Positions 9,201 to 21,200 of a DNA stretch of 48,330 nt are shown piece by piece. The DNA comes from Macrostomum lignano (Eukaryota). The notes below the pieces were generated by a model that was not told the DNA's origin, ran no database searches, and saw only the letters and a program-made list of their open reading frames with translations. The first letter of the stretch is position 1. Every line of letters starts with the position of its first letter. Location: positions 1 through 48,330 of the forward strand of contig NIVC01004368.1 in assembly GCA_002269645.1 (NCBI GenBank). The letters are read 5' to 3'. The position numbers were made by a program, and so were the translations under genes.

Positions 9201-12200
9201 ATCGCCGCGCTAAAAGATAAAGCAATTACAGGAGATTCAGATTCCCTACTTGCTGGATCTAGAGGCGTCTCTAGGAGGTTCAGATTCCCTACTTGCTGGA
9301 TCTAGAGGCGTCTCCAAGGAGATTCAGATTCCCTACTTGCTGGATCTAGAGGCGTCTCTAGGAGGTTCAGATTCCCTACTTGCTGGATCTAGAGGCGTCT
9401 CTAGGAGGTTCAGATTCCCTACTTGCTGGATCTAGAGGCGTCTCTAGGAGGTTCAGATTCCCTACTTGCTGGATCTAGAGGCGTCTCCAAGGAGGTTCAG
9501 ATTCCCTACTTGCTGGATCTAGAGGCGTCTCCAAGGAGATTCAGATTCCCTACTTGCTGGATCTAGAGGCGTCTCCAAGGAGGTTCAGATTCCCTACTTG
9601 CTGGATCTAGAGGCGTCTCTAGGAGGTTCAGATTCCCTACTTGCTGGATCTAGAGGCGTCTCCAAGGAGATTCAGATTCCCTACTTGCTGGATCTAGAGG
9701 CGTCTCTAGGAGGTTCAGATTCCCTACTTGCTGGATCTAGAGGCGTCTCCAAGGAGATTCAGATTCCCTACTTGCTGGATCTAGAGGCGTCTCTAGGAGG
9801 TTCAGATTCCCTACTTGCTGGATCTAGAGGCGTCTCTAGGAGGTTCAGATTCCCTACTTGCTGGATCTAGAGGCGTCTCTAGGAGGTTCAGATTCCCTAC
9901 TTGCTGGATCTAGAGGCGTCTCCAAGGAGGTTCAGATTCCCTACTTGCTGGATCTAGAGGCGTCTCCAAGGAGGTTCAGATTCCCTACTTGCTGGATCTA
10001 GAGGCGTCTCTAGGAGGTTCAGATTCCCTACTTGCTGGATCTAGAGGCGTCTCTAGGAGGTTCAGATTCCCTACTTGCTGGATCTAGAGGCGTCTCCAAG
10101 GAGGTTCAGATTCCCTACTTGCTGGATCTAGAGGCGTCTCCAAGGAGGTTCAGATTCCCTACTTGCTGGATCTAGAGGCGTCTCCAAGGAGGTTCAGATT
10201 CCCTACTTGCTGGATCTAGAGGCGTCTCTAGGAGGTTCAGATTCCCTACTTGCTGGATCTAGAGGCGTCTCCAAGGAGGTTCAGATTCCCTACTTGCTGG
10301 ATCTAGAGGCGTCTCCAAGGAGGTTCAGATTCCCTACTTGCTGGATCTAGAGGCGTCTCTAGGAGGTTCAGATTCCCTACTTGCTGGATCTAGAGGCGTC
10401 TCTAGGAGGTTCAGATTCCCTACTTGCTGGATCTAGAGGCGTCTCCAAGGAGGTTCAGATTCCCTACTTGCTGGATCTAGAGGCGTCTCTAGGAGGTTCA
10501 GATTCCCTACTTGCTGGATCTAGAGGCGTCTCCAAGGAGGTTCAGATTCCCTACTTGCTGGATCTAGAGGCGTCTCTAGGAGGTTCAGATTCCCTACTTG
10601 CTGGATCCAGAGGCGTCTCCGAGGAGGTTTTCAAGTCCCAGATAAGTCCCATGTGTATGTTGCTGGCACTCTGGACGACACAAATCAGATTGTAAACTGC
10701 ATGCGCTGTGTGAATTTAATAACGGTAAAAGCCATCAGTCAGCATAAATAATCAAAGCAAACTTACAGAAAGCCGCGTCAGCACCCGCTTGCTCTTTGTC
10801 GGATTCTCCTTCGACACCGACTCTGAAGAAAACAGGTTGATGGGATAAATTAGGAATGGATTCTGCCCAGCATTGGGGGTACAGCATTGGGGGTTGGCCC
10901 TCGCGGCTGTGAATCGCAAGGCAACCCCAAGGCCAAAGCTTCGTGCACGAAAGCCCCAAATGGGGGCCGTCCTGGCCGAGGGTCACACGCGTTTAACGCT
11001 GAGCTCCCCCTATATTGGAGGTTGGCAAACTCCGGCCCGTGGAGCCTGTCTATCCGGCCCTTTTAAGATTTGTGGTGCTTCTCCGCTTCCTTTTCCTTCC
11101 TCTTCTCTCTCCTTTCGCTTCCTTCTCATTCCTCTTCTCTCTCCTTTTGCTTCCTTCACTTCCTCTTCTCTCTCCTTTCGCTTCCTTCTCATTCCTCTTC
11201 TCTCTCCTTTCGCTTCCTTCTCCTTCCTCTTCTCTCTCCTTTCGCTTCCTTCTTCCTCTTCTCTCTCCTTTCGCTTCCTTCTTCTTCTTCTCTCCCCTCT
11301 TCACTCTCCTCTCTCCTACCTCTTTTCTGCCAACTCCTCTTGCCCCCTGTCCCTTCTCTTCTATCTTCTATCTTTTCTTTCATCGCATCCTTCGCCTGTC
11401 TTCTCTTATCTACTTACTGCTTTCCACTCTCACCTGGCCCCTAGACATGAGCTGGATTATTTATCTGGTCCTTGAGCTAAAAACTGCAGATAAAAAGACA
11501 GCAGGGGAGGGGGGCACCAACTGAATCCTCAGCCAGTGCAGCATCTGCGTGGCCATGCCGCCGCCCAGCAGCACAGTGGCTATCACGATGACAAGCGTGG
11601 TGGAGAACAGCATCTTCCTCGTGTCCGTGGACGTATTTCTTATCGCCAAAGCGAATGCGATGGCACCGCGCAGGCCGGAGAACATGAGCATGTGCATCTT
11701 GTTGGCGCCGATCTTGCAGCGCCGGCCCAGGTTAAGCAGGCAGCACAGCGGATAGATATTGAGCGCCCGGCCAAGCAGAATGGCGGCAAAAGCGGTCGCG
11801 ACAAAGCCCAGATCCCATACGTGGGATCTGTAGGTGAAAGTGGTCACCCTGATGTACAAGAATGTGAAATTCTCCGCCAGGAAGTTCAACAGCTCAAAGA
11901 AGGTTTTGGTTGAACGCTTGGTCTGCTGGGACAGGTTGTTGTAGGTGTAGTGCGCCTGGCAGATGCCGCAGAACAGCACGGCCACGATGCCGGTGCTCTG
12001 GGCCGCCTCTGCCGCCAGGAAGGTGCTGTAGCTCATGAGGATGAACAGGGCGCACTCCAGCAGCGGGTGCTCCCGGACCAGGGTGTACTTGGTGATCAGG
12101 GCCGTCAGGCAGCCCATGGCGCTGCCGATGCCCAGGGCGCCGAAGAACACGCCGAGGAAGCTCAGCACTGAAGTGACGATGGCGCCGCCTTCGAAGGTGG

Positions 12201-15200
12201 CGGAGCCGGCAGCCAAGCTGTCGTACTTTTCAACGGATTGCGCCAGCACTATGGCGACCGCGTCGTTAAGGACGCTTTCGCCGAATACTAAGGCGTAGAG
12301 GTCAACGTCTACGTTTAGGTCGTTGAAGATGGCGAGAACCGTGACTGCGGAGTGTTGTGGCGGGAGTTAGGGAGCGGTGAAGTGAAACTAAGCAATCTCA
12401 GAGGTGAGATCTAGGACTGCGGCGCAGTGAGACTAAGCAATATCAGGTGTGAGATCTAGGACTGCGGCACAATGAGACTAAAGCAATCTCAGAGGTGAGA
12501 TCTAGGATTGCGGCACTGTGAGATTAAGCAATCTCAGAGGTGAGATCTAGGACTGCGGCGCAGTGAGACTAAGCAATATCAGGTGTGAGATCTAGGACTG
12601 CGGCACAATGAGACTAAAGCAATCTCAGGGGTGAGATCTAGGACTGCAGCACAGTGAGACTAAGCAATCTCAGAGGTGAGATCTAGGACTGCGGCACAGT
12701 GAGACTAAGCAATCTCAGGTGTGAGATCTAGGACTGCGGCACTGTGAGACTAAGCAATCTCAGAGGTGAGATCTAGGACTGCGGCACTGTGAGACTAAGC
12801 AATCTCAGGGGTGAGATCTAGGACTGCGGCACTGTGAGACTAAGCAATCTCAGGGGTGAGATCTAGGACTGCGGCGCAGTGAGACTAAGCGAGGTCAGAT
12901 ACTGCAATGGCAAGGCGCTCATGCCTGACTAACCGGGATCCGTAGCGGAGATGATGGCGCCAAACAGCAGGCAGTCGGTAAATAAAATCGAGCCACTCAA
13001 CGACCTGCTCAGCCGGGTCAGGCCATAGACAACGGAGCTGCGGATGCGTACGGCTGATGTAATGAGTGCCTAAGCTAGCAAAAGAAAACAATTAACAGAG
13101 CATGTTACTAATGTTTGGCGTTACTCACCCCACGACAGCACAGGAGATAGTGGTGCCAACAAATGCCAGCGTCAGAATTGCCCCAATGTTGCTGAAGAAA
13201 TGCTTCTGCAACCAAAGGAAACAGAGGAATCAGGGAAAATTACATGATCTTTCATCAGTGCTTTTGATGACGTCAGATTTAGCGTCTCTAGGAGTTTCAG
13301 ATTCCCTACTTGCTGGATCTAGAGGCCAGTCTCCAAGGAGGTTCAGATTCCCTACTGGTTGGATCTAGAGGCGTCTCTAGGAGTTTCAGATTCCCTACTT
13401 GCTGGATCTAGAGGCCAGTCTCCAAGGAGGTTCAGATTCCCTACTGGTTGGATCTAGAGGCGTCTCTAGGAGTTTCAGATTCCCTACTTGCTGGATCTAG
13501 AGGCCAGTCTCCAAGGAGGTTCAGATTCCCTACTGGTTGGATCTAGAGGCGTCTCTAGGAGTTTCAGATTCCCTACTTGCTGGATCTAGAGGCCAGTCTC
13601 CAAGGAGGTTCAGATTCGTCATCAAGTCAATAATCTGCCCACTTATAAAAGCCGAGGCAGCCCGCACACACCCGCTTCATGCTGTAACCGGCGCAGAAGA
13701 TGATGGGAGGCAGGATGACGTGAAAAAACACCTCAGAATTGAAGGTGGCCTTCTCGCTAAGAACTGGCGCATTCACGTTGCGGTTTAATAACCGCCTGGC
13801 GTAATCGTACTCGTAGACGCGGGTTCGATTCCCCGAGCTGCCGAGCTCCAGCATGTTCAGCAGCACCTGTTTCAAGGGGGTGGAGAAATCGATTAACCAC
13901 CTGGCCACAGCTACAGGCTGAAGCTGCACAAGGGAAAACCAGAATCAGATCAGATCCCGAGGCCTCACCTTTTCAGGCGGAAGTGGATCAGCAGTGGTGA
14001 CTGCAGGTGCTCCAGTCACATTATTACTAAGTGATCCAGTAGGGTTGCCAAGCAGAGTGAAGGTGCGAACACTGATTTCCCTGGGATTCGAGCTGTACCG
14101 AATGATGGCGCCAACAACCAGGCCTGGGTGAATAATTAAATAGGGGCCGATAGTAAACAACCTTAGCCTAATTATCTGTGGCAATATTATTTCACAACTG
14201 CTTAACTGGGAATTTTTTTATAGGATTGGATAACATTTTGAAACTTATTCCAATATCACATGTACAATTGCCAGCCAACCTGGCTAATGAAGACAGTGTA
14301 AATTGTGGCAAACCAAGGGTAAGTTGCAAAATAGGAAATGTTTTATTCTTTGGATATTGTTGCCAATTATCAAATTAAGAACTTTTTTCTTTGTATGAGC
14401 TCGTAAATTTGAGCATGGCATAAAAAGTCATTATAAAATGACATTAATCATTATCAGGTGCAAATTCAATATGGCTATTGGTGCTAACTATTTCTTAATG
14501 TAGCAACATTCTACCTCCTTCAGTCTGAGGCCATATTGATTAGCTGCACTATCTCTCTATACGAGTATAACTCTAAGATGGCTTATTTAATTACCTTGTG
14601 GCTTGCTCTGCCCATTGTGCATAAAATATAGTGAAAATAGAATTTTTCAATTCTTAACCAACCTTTTGCATTGTACCTACTTCAAAGTTTGACAAAATTT
14701 CCACTTTTAACTTTTTAAATAGATTTGCTTTTTCTACAGTTGAAAAACAACTTTTAATTCAACTATTAAGTTTGTACTATTCGATTTGCTTAGCAATGCA
14801 TGCTGCACTTGGGTCCTTCTTTTTGTTTTATTTTGTGTACTTTTTTATTCCCTTAAATATTCATGCTTGCACTTGCAAATTTTTGTATGCTTTTAACCAC
14901 AAATCTAATTTATTCAATATTTATATAGGCCTACCTGCTTTTCCATATGTAAATTATCAATAAAAAGGTTTATCTAATAAGTAAATATGACTTAAATTGT
15001 CTATTTGGCTAGACAAGGCCTAACATTAAGCAGAATATAATATTATATTTATTACAAAACAAGTTTGATAATAGCCATAGCCAAAACAATAAAAATCTTT
15101 TGTAGCCCACTTTCTATAGATATAAAAGCTCACTTTCTATAGATATTGCTAAATTTTTTGTATTTTTTGATTATTTTAATAGGAGCTTGTGATTTATCAG

Positions 15201-18200
15201 TTGGGTTAGCAAAATGACTAAGCAATAAGGAGTCTATATATGAAATTAGTAAAGTTCAATATATGGAAAAAACCTTGAACCTATTAAACCACTTTGATTT
15301 AAAAAGATTTTATCAATGCTAAATGACTGATGATAAAATATGTATATTATTTTAGTACAAATAGAAGGTCCAAACTAAGAAATGTCTATCACAAGGTTCA
15401 ATGAGCCCTAAGAAGTTCCATGTGGAATTGTTTGAAATAAAGGTCTATAAGACTAAGATAATAATAATAAAATTAATAATAATAATAATAATTAGAAGAA
15501 GAATTGGACTAATAAGATAATAATAGTCAATGAAGTTAATTTGCAAAGTGACCATTTTTTTAATTTGCCTAATTTCATTGTTGGCACAGTGACTTAATAG
15601 TGCTATAAGTCTCTTGATTGGTTAGTTGATAATAATTAATAAAAAAATATAACTACAATCTACCTAGTTGATAAAATGAAAATTGACAAAATAATTAATA
15701 TCTAATATATATTGCAAAATAAGCCAACAAGGTTGTATCTAACTTGCATTTTCAAATGTTTTTATGATACTTTATATAGTTTCATATTCAGAAAATATAC
15801 AGCATATAAAAAGTACATAAATCATGTTTCTCAAATTAATTTTAGTATATATGGTCAAGAATTGCAATCTCTAGAGCCTTATGGACAAGCATACAAACCT
15901 TAGAGATTTAGTATATTTAGACTAGGTCTAGGCAGATGCATACAAATTTGGTGACAAACAAATTCAATGATAGAAATTTAATAGGAGGGGCCTATAGACA
16001 CATTTTGCAACAGCAAATTCAGCAACAATCTAAGCAAATTTAGCTTTAAAGTTTGATTTATTGATTGAAACCAAGGTTTTAAAGCCATCTGTCAGACCAA
16101 CCCCTATCCCCTTTGTTAATAGTTGTTGAGAAAATAATAAGAGTGAACACACTACATTTAAATTAGATATTAAATTGAATAAGATAGGGAGCTAGTAATG
16201 GGGCACAAGGCCCAAACTGATATATTTATATGACATTAACTTTGGGGGTGCAGATAAGACAAGGGGGGTAGAGTGCCCGACTAAGGAAAGAGGCAAAACA
16301 GAAAGCCAATCAAAATGCAGCAAAGGAGAGAGAGAGATAAGAATAACAAGATTGAGCTAGACAGAGAAAGAGAGAGAAAACAATAAACAGAGACACATAA
16401 AGAAGAACTAAAGAAATGACTAGGAAAGTTGTGACAATAGTATAATACATTATCTAAACTTAAGTATAAGGTATGTATGAGCCCACTTCTATTGGAGAAA
16501 ATGTAAATCAGAATGGAAGTACTGTCAATTGATACTACTACTATACATTTATGTATGTATACTGTGTATAAGGCCTATATTTAGATTTATGTGGCAATTA
16601 GAGCTGCCTTAAGACTCTAGCCACAAATAAACACAGAATAAACAAACATTTCTAGGAAATTAAAGCATATTTAAAAAGTATAAAATAAATAATGGATAAA
16701 ACAAACTTAATTGTAAAGAAAAACGAATATATGTAGACATTGTCATATACCATTGTACCAAAAAAATTAATAAGTCCATAGTCCAGATCATGGGAGACAT
16801 ATGCCAGAATGAAATTTCATGTTTTTTTTTCAATTTTATGCTGACTAAAAATCAAAAAAATTTTTACACCAAAACAAAAATTGCTTATATGCCATTTTTA
16901 ACAAATATATATTTTTAGGAATTCAAAAACTTTACTAAACTTAAACAGCTGTCTTTTTGCTAAAAATTGATATTCTTTGTTTTAATTTTGACTTTCTTGT
17001 GATTGCATTAATATTTTTTATTTTAGTTTCCAAATATTTTAGAGCTTTCAACATTGTTTGATATTTAATTACACAATTATATTAGCCTTGAACTTGGCTA
17101 TTTTTTGTATGCCGACTGTGTACACTTCATGTTGAACCTAAAAATTTTATATGCCAAGTCCCTATTGGAATAAGTGGTATTTTCGCGGACGGCGTCCGGC
17201 GCACTTTTTCTTTTTCCTCATAGTCATGGCGCATGGCGCGCTACGCGCGCCATGCGCCATGACGCACAGCAGCTCACAGGTAAGATGCAAGGAGGACATC
17301 ACGCGCTACATACAGCGCTGCTGAACAAGGATGAGAAGCATGCACAGGAGAAAGTCAGCAGCACGGTGGAAATTCAGCAAACTGTAAGTAAAACTTGTTT
17401 TTCTAATTTCTATAACTTTGATAATATTGCTATGGGCTATAGTATAGCATATCTCCTATCATATGTATTGATTGCTGTGTCATCTAGAATATGCATGCAA
17501 GTTAATCGTAAAATTGGAAATTGTAGTTGAAAGATCGCAGCAGAAATGTTCTTTATTGCCTCATAAACATTATAACATAGTGCCAAATGCTAATTGCTCT
17601 TAATGTTCTCTTATAACGCAGTTGCAAGAAATAAAAAAGTAAACTAAATTCTATTAAAAGTCTCAACAAATTTTCTGCTTTGTTTAATTATCTTTTTGAT
17701 TGGTTGCGCGTACATTTATTTATGCTGACATTTAAATGTGAAAATATTCTTCGAAACACCATGCTAAATAGTTATCAGATTTGATAACCCGACCCGAGCC
17801 AAAGTGCTACAACTACTACTGAAAAAGTGTGTGGATAAGGCAAAGACAATTTTGTTTGTTCGTGAACTCTGTGTTGTTCATCACGGAGTTTCTTCATTTT
17901 GTATTAACCGATTAGCCAAATTGAAGTAAAGGGTTTCAGTGTTCGTAATCATTTTAAGTACTCACTGATGCAATTGCCACACTATTTACATTATTTATTT
18001 TTCTTTGAATAGACCAACAATGTAACTTTGTAAGTCAAAAGACGAGTAGACTAAGAATTAAGAAATAGATACAACTACAACAGAAGGGGGCAGAAGTACA
18101 GTACAGAACAGAGTGCAGTAAAACACAAGTGCGGTAAAACACACAACTTTCTCTCAATCTCTTTAAATCTCTCAAAAACGAGTGATGCATCATCAGAATG

Positions 18201-21200
18201 AACATGATAGAGACTGGAGTCATGCACAATATCACCTAAACCTAGAGTGCTATGGCACCCTAGGATTTGAAGATTTGAATGACACATCGTCCATACCACC
18301 TTAGGATTTGAAGATTGTCATGACGCACCGTCCAGGCCACTTTATGATTGCCATGGCGCACTAGATGCACTGTCCACAGTGTCTGAAAACTTATTCCAAT
18401 AGGGTGCCAAGTGTATGCCAAGATTGTCAGTAAGAGCAAAAATATGCCAGAAAATTCTGGCATAAAGGCCATCTTCTGGACCATACATGCCCAACCTTAA
18501 AATTTCACCCATCTGGTACAACTTAGTTTTGTCCAGATTTGCAACTTACCTATATACAACCACACTGAAAGACCAAGGGGGGGGGGTAGCACGCCCCGTG
18601 TATGCTTGTGCTTATTGAAAAATGGAATACCTCATTTCTCTTCCCTTTCTCCTACCCTCACTCACTTTACCAATCAATTTATCATTCACTTATTCACTTA
18701 TGCAGCATTGCAGACTGCAGTACTAAACTGCACTGTAGCCTGCACCCTGTAGGCTACACTCTACATACTGTACTGTATGTCTGGCTTATATATGTACACT
18801 TGTACACTCATATATAGGTGGTGTACATTCTTTGAGTCATTATATACTTCACTTAAAGATGGACCTGCACCTGACTATATAAGGGCTAAGCAATAAGTTT
18901 CTGGATGTGCCCAGATAAAAATAGTTAAAAAGAAAAAACAGTTACATCTTTTCAAAGTACTCTCCAGCAGATTCGATGTAAATTTTCATGCACTCAAACC
19001 ACTTGCTGAAGCAACTGGACCAATCTGAAGCAGGCACCTCTTCCACATGCCGGATGAAGGCCTCCACTGCAGCTTCCGGTGATCCATAGTGGATTCCACA
19101 CATCCTGTGCTTGATTTGTGGAAACACAAAAAAGTTCCAGGGGTCAGGTTGGGGCTGTAGGGTGGATGACTGAGCTCTTGAATGTGCTCTCTGGCCAGGA
19201 ACTCTGCCACCTGTTGAGCCTTATGGGATAGGGCATTGTTGTAATGGAGAAAGATGCCCCAAGCTTGAGTCCTTGCTCTTAGGCAATGCCTGGAGAGAGC
19301 GCTCAGCACTTCTGGCTGGCAAACATTGGTGTACCAGTCACTGGTGACTATGCATTGCTGCACAAGTGGAACTGTGGCCAGATGACCGGTTTTCGCCACA
19401 AAAATGGCCACCATCTGCTTTGCAATGCTGCACTCTCACCAAAGCTTAGATGGTGGGGTGCTGCCAACTAGGCCAACTGATGCTTAGTCTCTGGGTTGAA
19501 ACTATAGATCTAGGACTCGTCACTACTGACGATATCCCAAACTGAGTTTGAGCTGCCTCCATTGAATCTGTTGAGCATGGTGCAGCACCAGGTCACCCAA
19601 GCCTCTTTCTACTCCAAAGTCAGCTTATGAGGCACCCAGTGTGCAAAAATCTTGCTCAGGTTGAGCTGTGAATGCAGGATTGTCCTGATGGATCCTGATG
19701 AGATGCCCACCTCTGCCTCTATCTGGGCCACAGTCACTCGGGCATTATCCTCAACCATGGCCTGGACAGCAGCAACATTATTCTTAGTCATTGCGGAGAC
19801 ACACTGGCCACTGCGCTCCTCATCATCTAGACTCTGCCTGCTGCGTCAAAATTTGGCAAACCAGTCATAAACGGTAGATCTAGAAAGTGCTTCATCCCCA
19901 AAAGCTCCTCGCAATTGCTCAAGACTTTCTTGCTGCCGCAAACCACTTTTAAAATGGTAATAAATCATTGCTCTGAAAGGACTCCTATTGAGTTCCACTG
20001 TGAATTTGATAGATAGAGTGGCTATGCTAGCTTGGTTTGGGTGCTGCACTGGCTATATATGACTAGTGTTTCTGAAACTTTACAAACATTGTACTTATAT
20101 AATGTACTTGACACCTATGGTGTCAGATTTTGTCAGCCACCTTTCAACAATGCACATCCAGAAACTTATTGCTCAGCCCTCGTATACTGAATCCTACATG
20201 TGAATAGGATGAAAAAAGCCATGAAGACTATTCTATCAACCGGTGCCCCCTTTCTGCAGCTGAAGAGCGAAAGCCATTGCTCTTTACAGGATGGAAACTT
20301 GGTCGTGTAACTCCTGGAGAAGTTAATGATTGTTCTGGTATGCATTGGATATTAGATTAAAATTTCCCAGCAATCTTATGTGCAGCCCAGGGATCAGGTG
20401 ATGGTGGCTCATTCTATATAAGATGGACATATTTGGAAAATAGAAAAAAGTCAATATTTTTGCTTGCCATTACCTAATTAGCCTATTTTTTTTACCAAAT
20501 GTTTATATTGTGCAACATATACAATCTAAGAATAAAGGAATGGTAAAATGTTGGATTAGTATGTTATCAATTGGCAAAAAGTCATTTTTTGTAAAAATTT
20601 GGACATTTTTTGAAGCAAAAGACATCATTAAGATTTTGTACCTTTTAAAAACAAATAGAAAGCTTTTGAAGGTTGAAACAAACTATAGATAAAAGTATAG
20701 TACTTGCATCATCAGATAAAAGCATTGGTGACCAAATAATCTATTATATTTTTAATGTATTAGTACCTCAAAGTTACTGAATTGACAGAAAAAAATATGT
20801 TACGACCATAATGTTACGACCATAAGGCTGCCTTTTCTTTTGTATCTTTGTTGCCTTTTGAGTTTATATATTCTAATAAAAGAGTATGATTTCTAAAGAT
20901 GTTCTTAGTCAAATTTTAAAAATGTATTGCAAAATATCAAAAATGAAAAATGTTATAAGACTTTTACCTTTTAGTTTCTATGTAAAAAATCCTGTTGTTA
21001 CGACCATAAGTGTCATTTAAGGTTTAATGGCATCTATACTAATGATGATATCTATATGAAACTCTATAAATATATTCTAGACAAAATAATCTTTCATTTA
21101 AAATATTGGTTTAGTATATTCTATTATTAGATTTCATTTTATAAGTAAAAATAACCTGTCATGTTACGACCATGCTTATATGGAATGAGCCTGGTGCAGC

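Noticed and set aside
9231-10628. CRISPR-like appearance of the regular arrays (also 12381-12890 and 40819-41433)
   Set aside because: The units are head-to-tail with no unique spacers, there are no cas genes, and the context is eukaryotic.
13820-13840. tRNA B-box-like GGGTTCGATTCCC
   Set aside because: It lies inside an NHE coding exon, with no A box or cloverleaf.
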